32,000 bases of DNA from Acholeplasma laidlawii PG-8A (GCF_000018785.1 NC_010163.1:1320001-1352000); one strand, 5' to 3'; numbered from the stretch's first letter, positions 7,879 to 15,874 are shown. A program made the numbers and translations. Notes: generated by a model from the letters alone, not told the origin.

Positions 7879-9198
7879 TTATGAAACTTCTTTCTTTCCT
7901 GTTACGTATTCGTAGATGAGGGATTTTTTATAATTATACAGTTCATCTATTTTTTTATTTTTTAGTTCAATAAGTTCATCAAGCCTTAAAACTTTATTGT
8001 CTAAATACTTAATTATTTTATTTTGATCATCTATAGGGGGTAATACAAACCTTAAGCCTCTTATAATTGTCATTGAAATATTCGGTTGTGCAGTAGCCTT
8101 TAAGTATTGATCTTTTTCGAAATTTGCTGCATTACTCATCAAGTAATATAACAAATATCTTAATGATATTCTATCTTCATGTGACTTTAAAATTTCAATT
8201 TTCGCCACATTTGGTGCTAATTGATGCAGTTTTTCTTCATTAAAAATAGCAACTTCGCCTACACCTGCTCCAATAAAAGTCATCAATATACATGGCTTAT
8301 CTAAATTAGATCTTACCAATTTTCTGGCAGTATCATTATTTATATATCCAGTAAAATCTTTAATAAATTTATCGTTTTTTATATTTTGAGCTCTAACAAT
8401 CGGAATATCATCAAATTCATTTATGTTCTTACTAAGAATCTCAGTAAATTCAAAACCAGCTAGTTTAGTTACAAATGTATGCCGAGAAATTAATGATACA
8501 TCATAATTTTTAGGGATTAATCCTATCCATTTGACATTACTATCTTTAAATTCTACATTTGGGTTTAAACCTTTAGTAACAACCTCACTAATAAGTGATT
8601 GCTTGTACTCTTTGAGTTTTTCGATTTGTTGCTTTTGATTATCTATCAATTTATTAATTATCAATGTTTTATTGCCTACATATAAGCTTATTCTAATTTG
8701 ATTATTTAACTCAGGGATAATCAAAGGTAAATTATTAACTATATCTGCATTTAAATTACTTTGGGTTGTTCCATTAGAAAAGTAGAAAATATTTTCTTTA
8801 GCTATCATAAGAAGAAATTTCAAGTAGTTTTTATCAATAGAAATTCCCATTTTAGGTATTAATGCTAAAATTGCTTGGCTAATTGTAGCCTTTGTTTTCA
8901 ACTCAGAAACCGAACCTAAAGATGCATAAATAGAGTACAAGATTGTTCCTGATTTAAGAATTTTTAAGTTTTTGTTTTTAATTCCTTTATCAGTCAGCTT
9001 TTTAGTCGTGTCAGTTATATACTCTGTATTAGTCATGTCAGATATGTTGACAAAACAAACACCTTCTTCTGCATAGTTACTATCTACTGATGATAAAGGA
9101 GTTCCACCGCTATATAGTTCATAAAAATGCTTGATTTTCATTTTCTTCCAGTTATCCGGAACGACACCATAAATATAATTTACATCATTCATTTCCAA
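7879..9198 (-). CDS. hsdS: Type I restriction enzyme specificity subunit (HsdS), two TRDs
   Basis: 439-aa ORF with two variable regions separated by a conserved helical spacer (KLIDNQKQQIEKLKEYKQSLISEVVTKG), repeated at the C-terminus (ELKNKKIDELYNYKKSLIYEYVTGK). It overlaps the hsdM end by 14 nt. Confidence 0.9.
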   Translation of the reverse strand: MEMNDVNYIYGVVPDNWKKMKIKHFYELYSGGTPLSSVDSNYAEEGVCFVNISDMTNTEYITDTTKKLTDKGIKNKNLKILKSGTILYSIYASLGSVSELKTKATISQAILALIPKMGISIDKNYLKFLLMIAKENIFYFSNGTTQSNLNADIVNNLPLIIPELNNQIRISLYVGNKTLIINKLIDNQKQQIEKLKEYKQSLISEVVTKGLNPNVEFKDSNVKWIGLIPKNYDVSLISRHTFVTKLAGFEFTEILSKNINEFDDIPIVRAQNIKNDKFIKDFTGYINNDTARKLVRSNLDKPCILMTFIGAGVGEVAIFNEEKLHQLAPNVAKIEILKSHEDRISLRYLLYYLMSNAANFEKDQYLKATAQPNISMTIIRGLRFVLPPIDDQNKIIKYLDNKVLRLDELIELKNKKIDELYNYKKSLIYEYVTGKKEVS

Positions 9199-10966
9199 AT
9201 AACTCCTTCATCAGTTGTGTCTCTTCTTCTTCAAGTTGTTTAATCTCAGCGAATATATCTGAGGAGGCCTTTGGAGGAATAAACTTATAAAACAGTCTTG
9301 TAAATGGTATTTCATAACCGACTTTGTCTTTGCTTCGATCCATCCAAGCTGATGAATTATAAGGTAATACATTATCTTTAAAGAAAGCTTCGATATTTTC
9401 TTGTAATGGTACCAATTCAGTATCACGTTTCTTAGAGTCTGCTTGAAGTTTTCCTTTTTTAAGAATTGGTTTACCATTTTCATCTGTAATTGGTGATTCA
9501 ACAGTTACTTTTGTGTACCCAAAGAAATCATTATCAAAGATTTTTGATTCAACAACTAAGTCATTTTCTTCATATTTTACTTCTTTGAAATCTAAATAGG
9601 CTTTAGTAATTAAGTCAATTGATGTATCATCTAGGTCAACACGCTTCTTACCAATGTTTTTTCTTCTTTTCACATAGCAATTAGAAGCATCAATGAGTTG
9701 AATTTTTCCTAATCGTTCTTTATTTTTATTTTTAGAAACTATCCAAACATATGTTGATATACCAGTATTGTAGAAAAGGTCAGTTGGTAATTGAATAATT
9801 GCTTCTAACAAATCACTTTCAATTAAGTATTTTCTAATTTCACTCGGACCACTACCAGCATCTCCAGTAAAGAGTGAAGACCCGTTTTGAATGATTGCCA
9901 TTCTACCAGAACCTTCTTTTAATTTCTTTACACCATTAAGTAGGAAGAGCATTTGTCCATCACTAATTGCAGGCAACCCTGGTCCAAATCTGCCATCATA
10001 ACCTAATTTAGCATATTCTTGTTTGACTTGTTTTTCTTCAAGCTTCCAATCAATACCAAACGGTGGATTAGAAATGATATAGTCAAATTCATAATTTGAA
10101 AATTGATCGTCACTTAGTGTATCGCCAAACTTCATGTTTTGAGCGTTTCCACCTTTGATGAGCATATCGGCTTTTGCGATTGCATAGGTTTCTGGATTAA
10201 ACTCTTGACCAAATAGAGATAACTTTGAATCGAAGTTAATCTCTTTCATTTTCTCATCAAGACAACCTAACATCTGTGATGTTCCCATAGCCATGTCATA
10301 TGCAGTTTTAACGACACCATTTTGTTTAATATGTTCTTTTTCGTTTGCAACTAATAACTCAGCCATCAAATAAATGATGTCTCTTGAAGTAAAGTGAGCC
10401 CCTGCTTGTTCATCATAGGATTCAGAGAACTTACGGATAAGTTCTTCAAAAATATAGCCCATGTCCATGGAGGTGATTTTATCCGGATGCATATCAGCTT
10501 TCTTAGAATTAAACTCCTGTATAACAACATAAAGGACATTCCCTTTATGCATTGTTTCTAGGACTTGTTCAAATTTAAAGTTGGAAATAATATCTTTTAC
10601 GTTATCAGAGAATCCTTTTAAGTATGTATCAAAATTAGATGCGATGTTATCTGGATCAGCTAAAAGGTTTTCAAATGTAAATGGGCTAACATTATAAAAG
10701 TCATATCCAGTAGTTTTGCATATTAATCCATCTTTAATTGCATCAATCGTTTTTTGTTCATTTAATTTCTTATTGAGTGATAAAACTTCCTGTTTCGTTT
10801 CTTTTAAAGCGTCATCAAATCTTTTTAGTACCGTCATCGGTAAGATAACCTTACCGTACTCATGTGGCTTAAATAATCCAACAAGATGATTAGCGATTGC
10901 CCAAATTAGATTTGCTTTCTCTTGAATATTGGTTGTAGTTAATTTACCTATCTCTGCAGTTGTCAT
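9185..10966 (-). CDS. hsdM: Type I restriction enzyme methyltransferase subunit (HsdM)
   Basis: 593-aa ORF with a canonical N6-adenine MTase motif IV (IISNPPFGIDW), an HsdM_N-like N-terminus (NLIWAIANHL..) and the downstream GRMAIIQNGSSLF / IIQLPTDLFYNTGI motifs. Confidence 0.95.
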   Translation of the reverse strand: MTTAEIGKLTTTNIQEKANLIWAIANHLVGLFKPHEYGKVILPMTVLKRFDDALKETKQEVLSLNKKLNEQKTIDAIKDGLICKTTGYDFYNVSPFTFENLLADPDNIASNFDTYLKGFSDNVKDIISNFKFEQVLETMHKGNVLYVVIQEFNSKKADMHPDKITSMDMGYIFEELIRKFSESYDEQAGAHFTSRDIIYLMAELLVANEKEHIKQNGVVKTAYDMAMGTSQMLGCLDEKMKEINFDSKLSLFGQEFNPETYAIAKADMLIKGGNAQNMKFGDTLSDDQFSNYEFDYIISNPPFGIDWKLEEKQVKQEYAKLGYDGRFGPGLPAISDGQMLFLLNGVKKLKEGSGRMAIIQNGSSLFTGDAGSGPSEIRKYLIESDLLEAIIQLPTDLFYNTGISTYVWIVSKNKNKERLGKIQLIDASNCYVKRRKNIGKKRVDLDDTSIDLITKAYLDFKEVKYEENDLVVESKIFDNDFFGYTKVTVESPITDENGKPILKKGKLQADSKKRDTELVPLQENIEAFFKDNVLPYNSSAWMDRSKDKVGYEIPFTRLFYKFIPPKASSDIFAEIKQLEEEETQLMKELFGNE

Positions 10967-11024
10967 ATTATCTCTTCTTTCTTATTTCATTAGCAATACA
11001 AAAATCGATCTTCATATTAAAAAA

Positions 11025-11033
11025 ATTATAACA
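11025..11033 (-). promoter_or_regulatory. Possible extended -10 promoter (TGtTATAAT) for hsdM
   Basis: The minus strand reads TGTTATAAT about 59 nt upstream of the hsdM ATG. No clear -35 element. Confidence 0.35.
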
Positions 11034-11056
11034 TATTTTAGCAACTTTTAACTTTG

Positions 11057-11073
11057 ATTGTTTATTAAACAAT
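11057..11073. repeat. Perfect palindrome ATTGTTTA-T-TAAACAAT in the hsdM upstream region
   Basis: 8-bp arms with a 1-nt centre, read directly. It lies about 24-40 nt upstream of the putative -10 element. Confidence 0.6.
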
Positions 11074-11108
11074 ATCATTCTTCCATTTTTATAAAACCTA
11101 TTAATAGT

Positions 11109-11630
11109 CTAATATTCATCTAAAGCATCGAAATAGCGTGTTGATATAATGGCTTTTTCGAAGTTTGTTTTAGTAATTTTTAATTTGTTATTTGCTTCTA
11201 AAAATTGTACACGTGGATACTCTGATGGATTACTTTTTATTGTAGCTATAAGACTAGAATTATCACCCATACCTGTTTGACTATGCGGAATAGGTCCAAT
11301 TAGTAGATCTGAATACTTTGTTGAAAACCTAAGTGTATCAACCGGGTATCTCTTGAGTTCTGAATAGTCATCAATAAACTCAACATTATTTAGATTAATA
11401 TCTAGTCTAGTTAATACTCCTTGGAAGTCCTTTTTCTTTCCCGCTAATGATCCAAATACTAGGATTTTCATTAGTCTCGTGTTTACAGAAATGCTTGTTT
11501 CCTCAAATACAATACCATATCGTTCTAAAATCTCTTCAATTAATCCATCTTCATTAGCACGGTCAACTTCACTTGATATTTTTCTAATAATTTTTTGTTT
11601 TATCTCGGATAACTGCTTTGCATTATACAC
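11109..11630 (-). CDS. Uncharacterised 173-aa protein coupled to the M-S fusion gene
   Basis: The GTG start overlaps the upstream TAG stop by 1 nt (TAGTG), with a strong AGAGGAGG RBS 10 nt upstream. It has a helical N-terminus followed by an alpha/beta region (KILVFGS...YSDLLIGPIPHS) that loosely resembles DUF2325. An LD-x14-ELK pattern could alternatively be a PD-(D/E)xK nuclease core. Neither assignment is secure. Confidence 0.6.
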   Translation of the reverse strand: MYNAKQLSEIKQKIIRKISSEVDRANEDGLIEEILERYGIVFEETSISVNTRLMKILVFGSLAGKKKDFQGVLTRLDINLNNVEFIDDYSELKRYPVDTLRFSTKYSDLLIGPIPHSQTGMGDNSSLIATIKSNPSEYPRVQFLEANNKLKITKTNFEKAIISTRYFDALDEY

Positions 11631-13309
11631 TAAGATAGTACCTCCTCTATTTCTTCATAATAGAAGTTTTTGAGTTCGTCTTCTATCTTTAGGATTTCTG
11701 CCTTAAGTGCCATTAAAGAAGATAGTTTTCTATTATATTTTTTAGATATATTATATTGAACATCTAGTTGAGGTAGTGGGATAATTATATTCGAAAGTTC
11801 TGTAGCGTTAATTGTAATTATCGATATACCTTTTTGAATACTCTTTAATAATAATTGTCCTTGATCTGATTCTAAGAAAACCTTAAGAAATGTTGGATTC
11901 AATTTACTCTTGTCAACACGAGCAATGATCATACCACCAGTTACAATAATTTTATCCTTTGGTTCAAAATCGATGACTGCTATTTTAACCTTAGATGATT
12001 TGCTTGTTATAATGACATCCTCATATTCCAAAGCAAATTTATCTAACTTACCATCTTTATTATCGATATTTTGTAGATTTGATTCATCAATGAGTCCGTC
12101 TTGTATATCACTAGATGTAAGCAATTTATAACCTGTATTTTCATCAGTTAATGCTTCTTGAAAGTTTCTAACTGTGTATTGTGAGCCTGTAAAAACATGT
12201 GCAACCTCACTCAATTTAACACCATTTATTGGTGAATCTATTGTTAATAGTGCTGTCGAAGGAATCCAATTAGATAAATCTGTTAATTCTGAAATATCTT
12301 TTTTAGCTACATCATTTCCATAATAGAAATCTATTATTTGTTTTACATCTACTTTAATAGGTCCATTAAACTTTCTTTTTGATGAGAACATACTCGCATC
12401 AAATAGACGAACATTCTTATTATTTTTACTAAAGATAAGTAAGAATAACTTGATCGATGTATTATCGACAATTCCTTGTGGTAACTCAATGATACCTTCA
12501 AGCATGCCACTCTTTAGTATTTCATTTCGATAGTCTCTATCAACTGCACTAAATAATGTACGACCAGTAACAAGCGCTACCGCTCTAGCGTCTTCACCTT
12601 TTAAATTGCTTAATAATTTATCAATAAATATCCATTCAACAGAGTTTCGAGTGGATAGAACAATATTTTTAAAAATAGAAATATAGTTTAGATCATTACC
12701 CATTAACTTCATACCTAAAGGTGGATAGACAAACCCTTTATTATAAGTTAGTTCGTATTTATCGGTTAGGATATTAGCATAGTTAATCTTACTCTTTACC
12801 GAAGAATCAAAGGTGAATATTTCTAGTACCATCTTAGAAAGTGCATGTTGATTATAGTTAATTTCCACACCATATAAAGCAGACAACTCAATTGAACGTT
12901 CCTGAGCTAAATTCAATGTACCAATTAAAAAACCACCTAATCCACTACCTAAATCAAAAAGTGAATCACCATTTGATAGTTCAAGTAACTCTGAAGCTAA
13001 TGCTAACAGATTATCATTCGAATTATCCATAAATCTCTGTTTTATAAATAGAGAACTAGAAACGAATCCTTTTATTTCATCGAAACTTAAGTCCAAAAAC
13101 ATATTTTCTAAATCAAATTTTAGGTCACTTGGTATTCTTTCTAATGATTCTCCAGCAATGTTAAGTAATTCTGTTTCATTTCCCGGTATTAAATCATTAC
13201 TATTGCAATAATCATATGCAAATGAAATAACAAATTCAACCACCATTTCTTCAGGCACACGTCCTCTGACTCTGTTTGCAAATTCCCATACTAAATTTTT
13301 ATTTTCCAT
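11630..13309 (-). CDS. HsdM-like N6-adenine methyltransferase fused to a single HsdS-type TRD, with non-canonical motif IV (YPPL)
   Basis: 559-aa ORF with SAM motif I (LFDLGSGLGGFLIG), motif II-like YGVEIN and the HsdM-type ARAVALVTGRTLFS / GIIELPQGI motifs. Where NPPF/Y is expected the sequence reads FVYPPLG. The C-terminal roughly 200 aa form one TRD plus an HsdS conserved helix (IIPLPQLDVQYNISKKYNRKLSSLMALKAEILKIEDEL). Confidence 0.8.
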   Translation of the reverse strand: MENKNLVWEFANRVRGRVPEEMVVEFVISFAYDYCNSNDLIPGNETELLNIAGESLERIPSDLKFDLENMFLDLSFDEIKGFVSSSLFIKQRFMDNSNDNLLALASELLELSNGDSLFDLGSGLGGFLIGTLNLAQERSIELSALYGVEINYNQHALSKMVLEIFTFDSSVKSKINYANILTDKYELTYNKGFVYPPLGMKLMGNDLNYISIFKNIVLSTRNSVEWIFIDKLLSNLKGEDARAVALVTGRTLFSAVDRDYRNEILKSGMLEGIIELPQGIVDNTSIKLFLLIFSKNNKNVRLFDASMFSSKRKFNGPIKVDVKQIIDFYYGNDVAKKDISELTDLSNWIPSTALLTIDSPINGVKLSEVAHVFTGSQYTVRNFQEALTDENTGYKLLTSSDIQDGLIDESNLQNIDNKDGKLDKFALEYEDVIITSKSSKVKIAVIDFEPKDKIIVTGGMIIARVDKSKLNPTFLKVFLESDQGQLLLKSIQKGISIITINATELSNIIIPLPQLDVQYNISKKYNRKLSSLMALKAEILKIEDELKNFYYEEIEEVLS

Positions 13310-13334
13310 AACTACCTCTCACTTTCATAATTTA

Positions 13335-13363
13335 AGTTTACACAAACGTAATTCAAAAGTCAA
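13335..13363 (-). promoter_or_regulatory. Sigma-70-type promoter of the M-S fusion operon
   Basis: The minus strand has TTGACT (13363..13358), a 17-nt spacer and TAAACT (13340..13335), followed by a GAGAGGTAG RBS and the ATG at 13309. Confidence 0.55.
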
Positions 13364-13411
13364 GCGCTTTTTTAAGTTTGTTAAAACGTAATGATAAATA
13401 GCGCCCGAAAT

Positions 13412-13444
13412 ACAAAAAAGGTCTGATACAAATTGTATCAAACC
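13412..13444 (-). terminator. Rho-independent terminator of the tRNA cluster
   Basis: Minus-strand hairpin GGTTTGATACA-ATT-TGTATCAGACC followed by TTTTTTGT, just downstream of tRNA-Leu. Confidence 0.7.
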
Positions 13445-13458
13445 ATTTCAATTCAATA

Positions 13459-13543
13459 TGGTGCGGGTGACAGGACTTGAACCTGCATGCCGTAAAGCGC
13501 TAGATCCTAAGTCTAGTGCGTCTGCCAATTTCGCCACACCCGC
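13459..13543 (-). tRNA. tRNA-Leu (anticodon UAG), type II with a long variable arm, CCA encoded
   Basis: Hand-folded. Acceptor GCGGGTG/CACCCGC plus A-CCA; anticodon stem CTAGA/TCTAG with loop CTTAGGA; T-loop TTCAAGT. Confidence 0.85.
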
Positions 13544-13570
13544 ATGGATAGTGGACTTTCTTTATAAAAA

Positions 13571-13645
13571 TGGCAGGCCCAGCAGGATTTGAACCTACGA
13601 GTGACGGAGTCAAAGTCCGTTGCCTTACCGCTTGGCTATGGGCCT
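13571..13645 (-). tRNA. tRNA-Gln (anticodon UUG), CCA encoded
   Basis: Hand-folded. Acceptor AGGCCCA/TGGGCCT plus G-CCA; anticodon stem ACGGA/TCCGT with loop CTTTGAC; T-loop TTCAAAT. Confidence 0.85.
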
Positions 13646-13668
13646 ACATTTTATTTAATTCGCAATTA

Positions 13669-13745
13669 TGGGGCGGCCGAGGGGAATTGAACCCCCGAGT
13701 GTCGGCGCCACAAGCCGATGCGTTAACCACTTCGCCACAACCGCC
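13669..13745 (-). tRNA. tRNA-His (anticodon GUG) with genomically encoded G-1, CCA encoded
   Basis: Hand-folded. G-1 followed by acceptor GCGGTTG/CGGCCGC plus C-CCA; anticodon stem TCGGC/GCCGA with loop TTGTGGC; T-loop TTCAATT. Confidence 0.85.
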
Positions 13746-13763
13746 ATACTTTGCGCAAGTATT

Positions 13764-13791
13764 ATTATACCAACTTATTTTATTTTGTAAA
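13764..13791 (-). promoter_or_regulatory. Promoter of the tRNA-His/Gln/Leu cluster
   Basis: The minus strand has TTTACA, a 16-nt spacer ending in TGg, and TATAAT, about 18 nt upstream of the tRNA-His 5' end. Confidence 0.6.
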
Positions 13792-13874
13792 GTTAAAATT
13801 TCGGAAAAATAAGTTTTTTATATCCTTTACAAGATATATTTGATATTATATAAAAGAAAGGAAGTAATTGCAAG

Positions 13875-14927
13875 ATGAAATGGATTGGAAGAATACTATA
13901 TATTTTATTTGTTTTAATCGTAATTGGCTTTATTGAACTAATCGGTGGCGGTGTACAAGGTATCCGTGTATCAGAGTATATCTACAATAATGTAACAAAA
14001 AACGCTATAGATAATGAAAATTACGATATGTTTGAGGGTTTAGGCCACTTAAACGCTGTTTCAAACACTTACTACTCAAAAGATCAAATTAAAACATTAG
14101 ATGGTCAAAACTTCTATGATACGACTACAGAATCAATTGATGAAAAATATCAAGTAAAACTTGGTATGTACCCACATGCAGTAGTCCACAAAAACCCACA
14201 ATTTGATTTATACAGTGATGGCTTCTTTGTTTTACTTGAAGATTTTTCAGATGATGTTGCATATTATAGTTTAGAAGTTACTGCATACTATGCACAAGAC
14301 CCTGAGAAAAAACAAATTGTTTTAAAAGATAAAAATTATTTAAATATCTATTCTGACATAAGAGCATCAAACGCAAATAGAGCATCATTTAGAGTAGCTC
14401 TAATTGCTAATAATAGTTTTGCAAATCACATTTTAGAAACAAACAAAGATTATACCTTCCCAGAAGGATATAACTTTGAATACCACATTCAAGCAATCGA
14501 TGTGTTTGCAACAATCATTGATCCTGAAAAACCAGATACTCCAGAACGTGTACATGTCTACAGAATTACTGATGGTACTACCTTCGCTTCTGGTACACCA
14601 ATGGTAACTCATACGAACCTTAACCTAGCACCTGAAAACTATAACTTCTCAAGAGGAATGAATGGTGTAGAACCAACAGCTGATAATAACCCACACAACT
14701 TAGTGCTTGATTATCACCCAGCAGACTTATCACCATATAACTTTGCTTACTGGATTGTATATTCAATCTACTTCTTATTATTTGTTGTAGTACCTTACTT
14801 CTGGTTTGTTCATAAATATGTTATGAAAGCTATTAGAAAAAATAAGGCCGATGATGAGCCAAAAGGCAAAATAAGAAAACCACAACCTCAACTATTTAGT
14901 GACGTTGAACCTAAGAGCGATAAATAA
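13875..14927 (+). CDS. Hypothetical membrane protein (N- and C-terminal TM helices, large extracytoplasmic middle)
   Basis: 350-aa ORF with an N-terminal TM helix (ILYILFVLIVIGFIELIGG), a C-terminal TM helix (WIVYSIYFLLFVVVPYFWFV) and a basic tail. No recognisable enzyme motif. Confidence 0.75.
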   Translation: MKWIGRILYILFVLIVIGFIELIGGGVQGIRVSEYIYNNVTKNAIDNENYDMFEGLGHLNAVSNTYYSKDQIKTLDGQNFYDTTTESIDEKYQVKLGMYPHAVVHKNPQFDLYSDGFFVLLEDFSDDVAYYSLEVTAYYAQDPEKKQIVLKDKNYLNIYSDIRASNANRASFRVALIANNSFANHILETNKDYTFPEGYNFEYHIQAIDVFATIIDPEKPDTPERVHVYRITDGTTFASGTPMVTHTNLNLAPENYNFSRGMNGVEPTADNNPHNLVLDYHPADLSPYNFAYWIVYSIYFLLFVVVPYFWFVHKYVMKAIRKNKADDEPKGKIRKPQPQLFSDVEPKSDK

Positions 14928-14942
14928 TCGCTCTTTTTTTTA
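14915..14942 (+). terminator. Rho-independent terminator
   Basis: GAGCGAT-AAATA-ATCGCTC followed by T9. The stop codon lies in the loop. Confidence 0.8.
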
Positions 14943-14953
14943 TTTTTCCATTA

Positions 14954-15000
14954 AATATGATGTAAACATATGCGATGCAACCAAAAGTTTACATCATATT
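14954..15000. promoter_or_regulatory. Perfect 14-bp inverted repeat (AATATGATGTAAAC ... GTTTACATCATATT), a candidate operator upstream of the XRE gene
   Basis: Arms at 14954..14967 and 14987..15000 with a 19-nt spacer, about 70 nt upstream of the ATG at 15070. Confidence 0.4.
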
Positions 15001-15069
15001 ACCTTAAAGTTGGTGGTATTGATATTTAGATTTGCTAAAATATAAGTAACATTTATTAGGAGGATTCAT

Positions 15070-15765
15070 ATGACTACAGGTCAAAGACTTGCAAAACTAA
15101 GAAAAGATCACAATTATACTCAAGAGGAGTTAGGTGAGTTACTAGATGTATCTAGACAATCTATATCCAAATGGGAATCTGATCAAGCATTTCCAGAAAC
15201 ACAAAAATTAATAGAGTTATCCAAACTCTATCAGACTTCAGTAGATTATCTACTTGGCAATGAAAACGAACATACACAATCCAATATAGGTGATTCTACT
15301 CATACCAATGAACCATTTAAAATGACACCTAAGTTATTTACAATGATTTGGGGTGTCACATATTTTGTAGTGATGTTACTTCTATATGCAGTACCCATAT
15401 TAAAAGTTACAATCACTACAGATCCGTTCTTTGGTAACATTGGTTTTACACTCAATATCACCAGTTATGACTTACTTAAAAACGGACCTGGTGATTACGG
15501 CAACTTCTTAGTATATTTGGGTTTGTTTGCTTTAATTGCATTTACTGCACTATCTGTCTTTATCTTTTTTACAAATCATCAAAGACTTTATAAGATACGC
15601 CGAATTATCTCAATCACTGAAGTAATTATATGGGCTATATTTACAGTATCCTTTATAGAAAGTATTCAATTAGGGATCATATTTATTATCTTACTTACTA
15701 TAATTAACCTAATATTACTATTTAAAGTCAAAAATAATCTAATTTCTACACCTATAAGCGCTTAA
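15070..15765 (+). CDS. XRE-family HTH protein with a multi-pass membrane C-terminal domain
   Basis: The N-terminal sequence QRLAKLRKDHNYTQEELGELLDVSRQSISKWESDQAFPETQKLIELSKLYQTSVDYLLG is a classic HTH_3 (Cro/C1) domain. The C-terminal half has about 4 hydrophobic helices. An AGGAGGA RBS is present. Confidence 0.85.
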   Translation: MTTGQRLAKLRKDHNYTQEELGELLDVSRQSISKWESDQAFPETQKLIELSKLYQTSVDYLLGNENEHTQSNIGDSTHTNEPFKMTPKLFTMIWGVTYFVVMLLLYAVPILKVTITTDPFFGNIGFTLNITSYDLLKNGPGDYGNFLVYLGLFALIAFTALSVFIFFTNHQRLYKIRRIISITEVIIWAIFTVSFIESIQLGIIFIILLTIINLILLFKVKNNLISTPISA

Positions 15766-15792
15766 TAACAGCCTAAAACACCATAATTTAAT

Positions 15793-15847
15793 AAAATTAA
15801 GTTTTCAATGATATGATTTGTTCATTTTCAATTGAAAACTTAATTTT
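15793..15847 (+). terminator. Long hairpin (17-bp perfect stem, 21-nt loop) downstream of the XRE gene, a probable terminator
   Basis: AAAATTAAGTTTTCAAT ... ATTGAAAACTTAATTTT. The 3' arm ends in TTTT and contains the -35 element of the tRNA-Trp promoter. Confidence 0.45.
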
Positions 15848-15860
15848 GTTATGCTATACT
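15832..15860 (+). promoter_or_regulatory. Sigma-70-type promoter of tRNA-Trp
   Basis: TTGAAA, a 17-nt spacer and TATACT, ending 14 nt before the tRNA 5' end. Confidence 0.65.
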
Positions 15861-15874
15861 AATAAGGCGTGAAC

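Noticed and set aside
7879-13309. Phase-variable hsdS shufflon (extra TRD in the M-S fusion acting as a recombination partner for hsdS)
   Set aside because: No invertase or recombinase gene is present. No inverted hsdS fragments or long shared DNA repeats between the two TRD-coding regions could be seen by eye, and both are on the same strand and full length.
13570-13812. 80-aa plus-strand ORF in the six-frame track
   Set aside because: It lies entirely antisense to tRNA-Gln, tRNA-His and their promoter. Its unusual GC-rich codons simply reflect tRNA sequence, so it is a spurious ORF.
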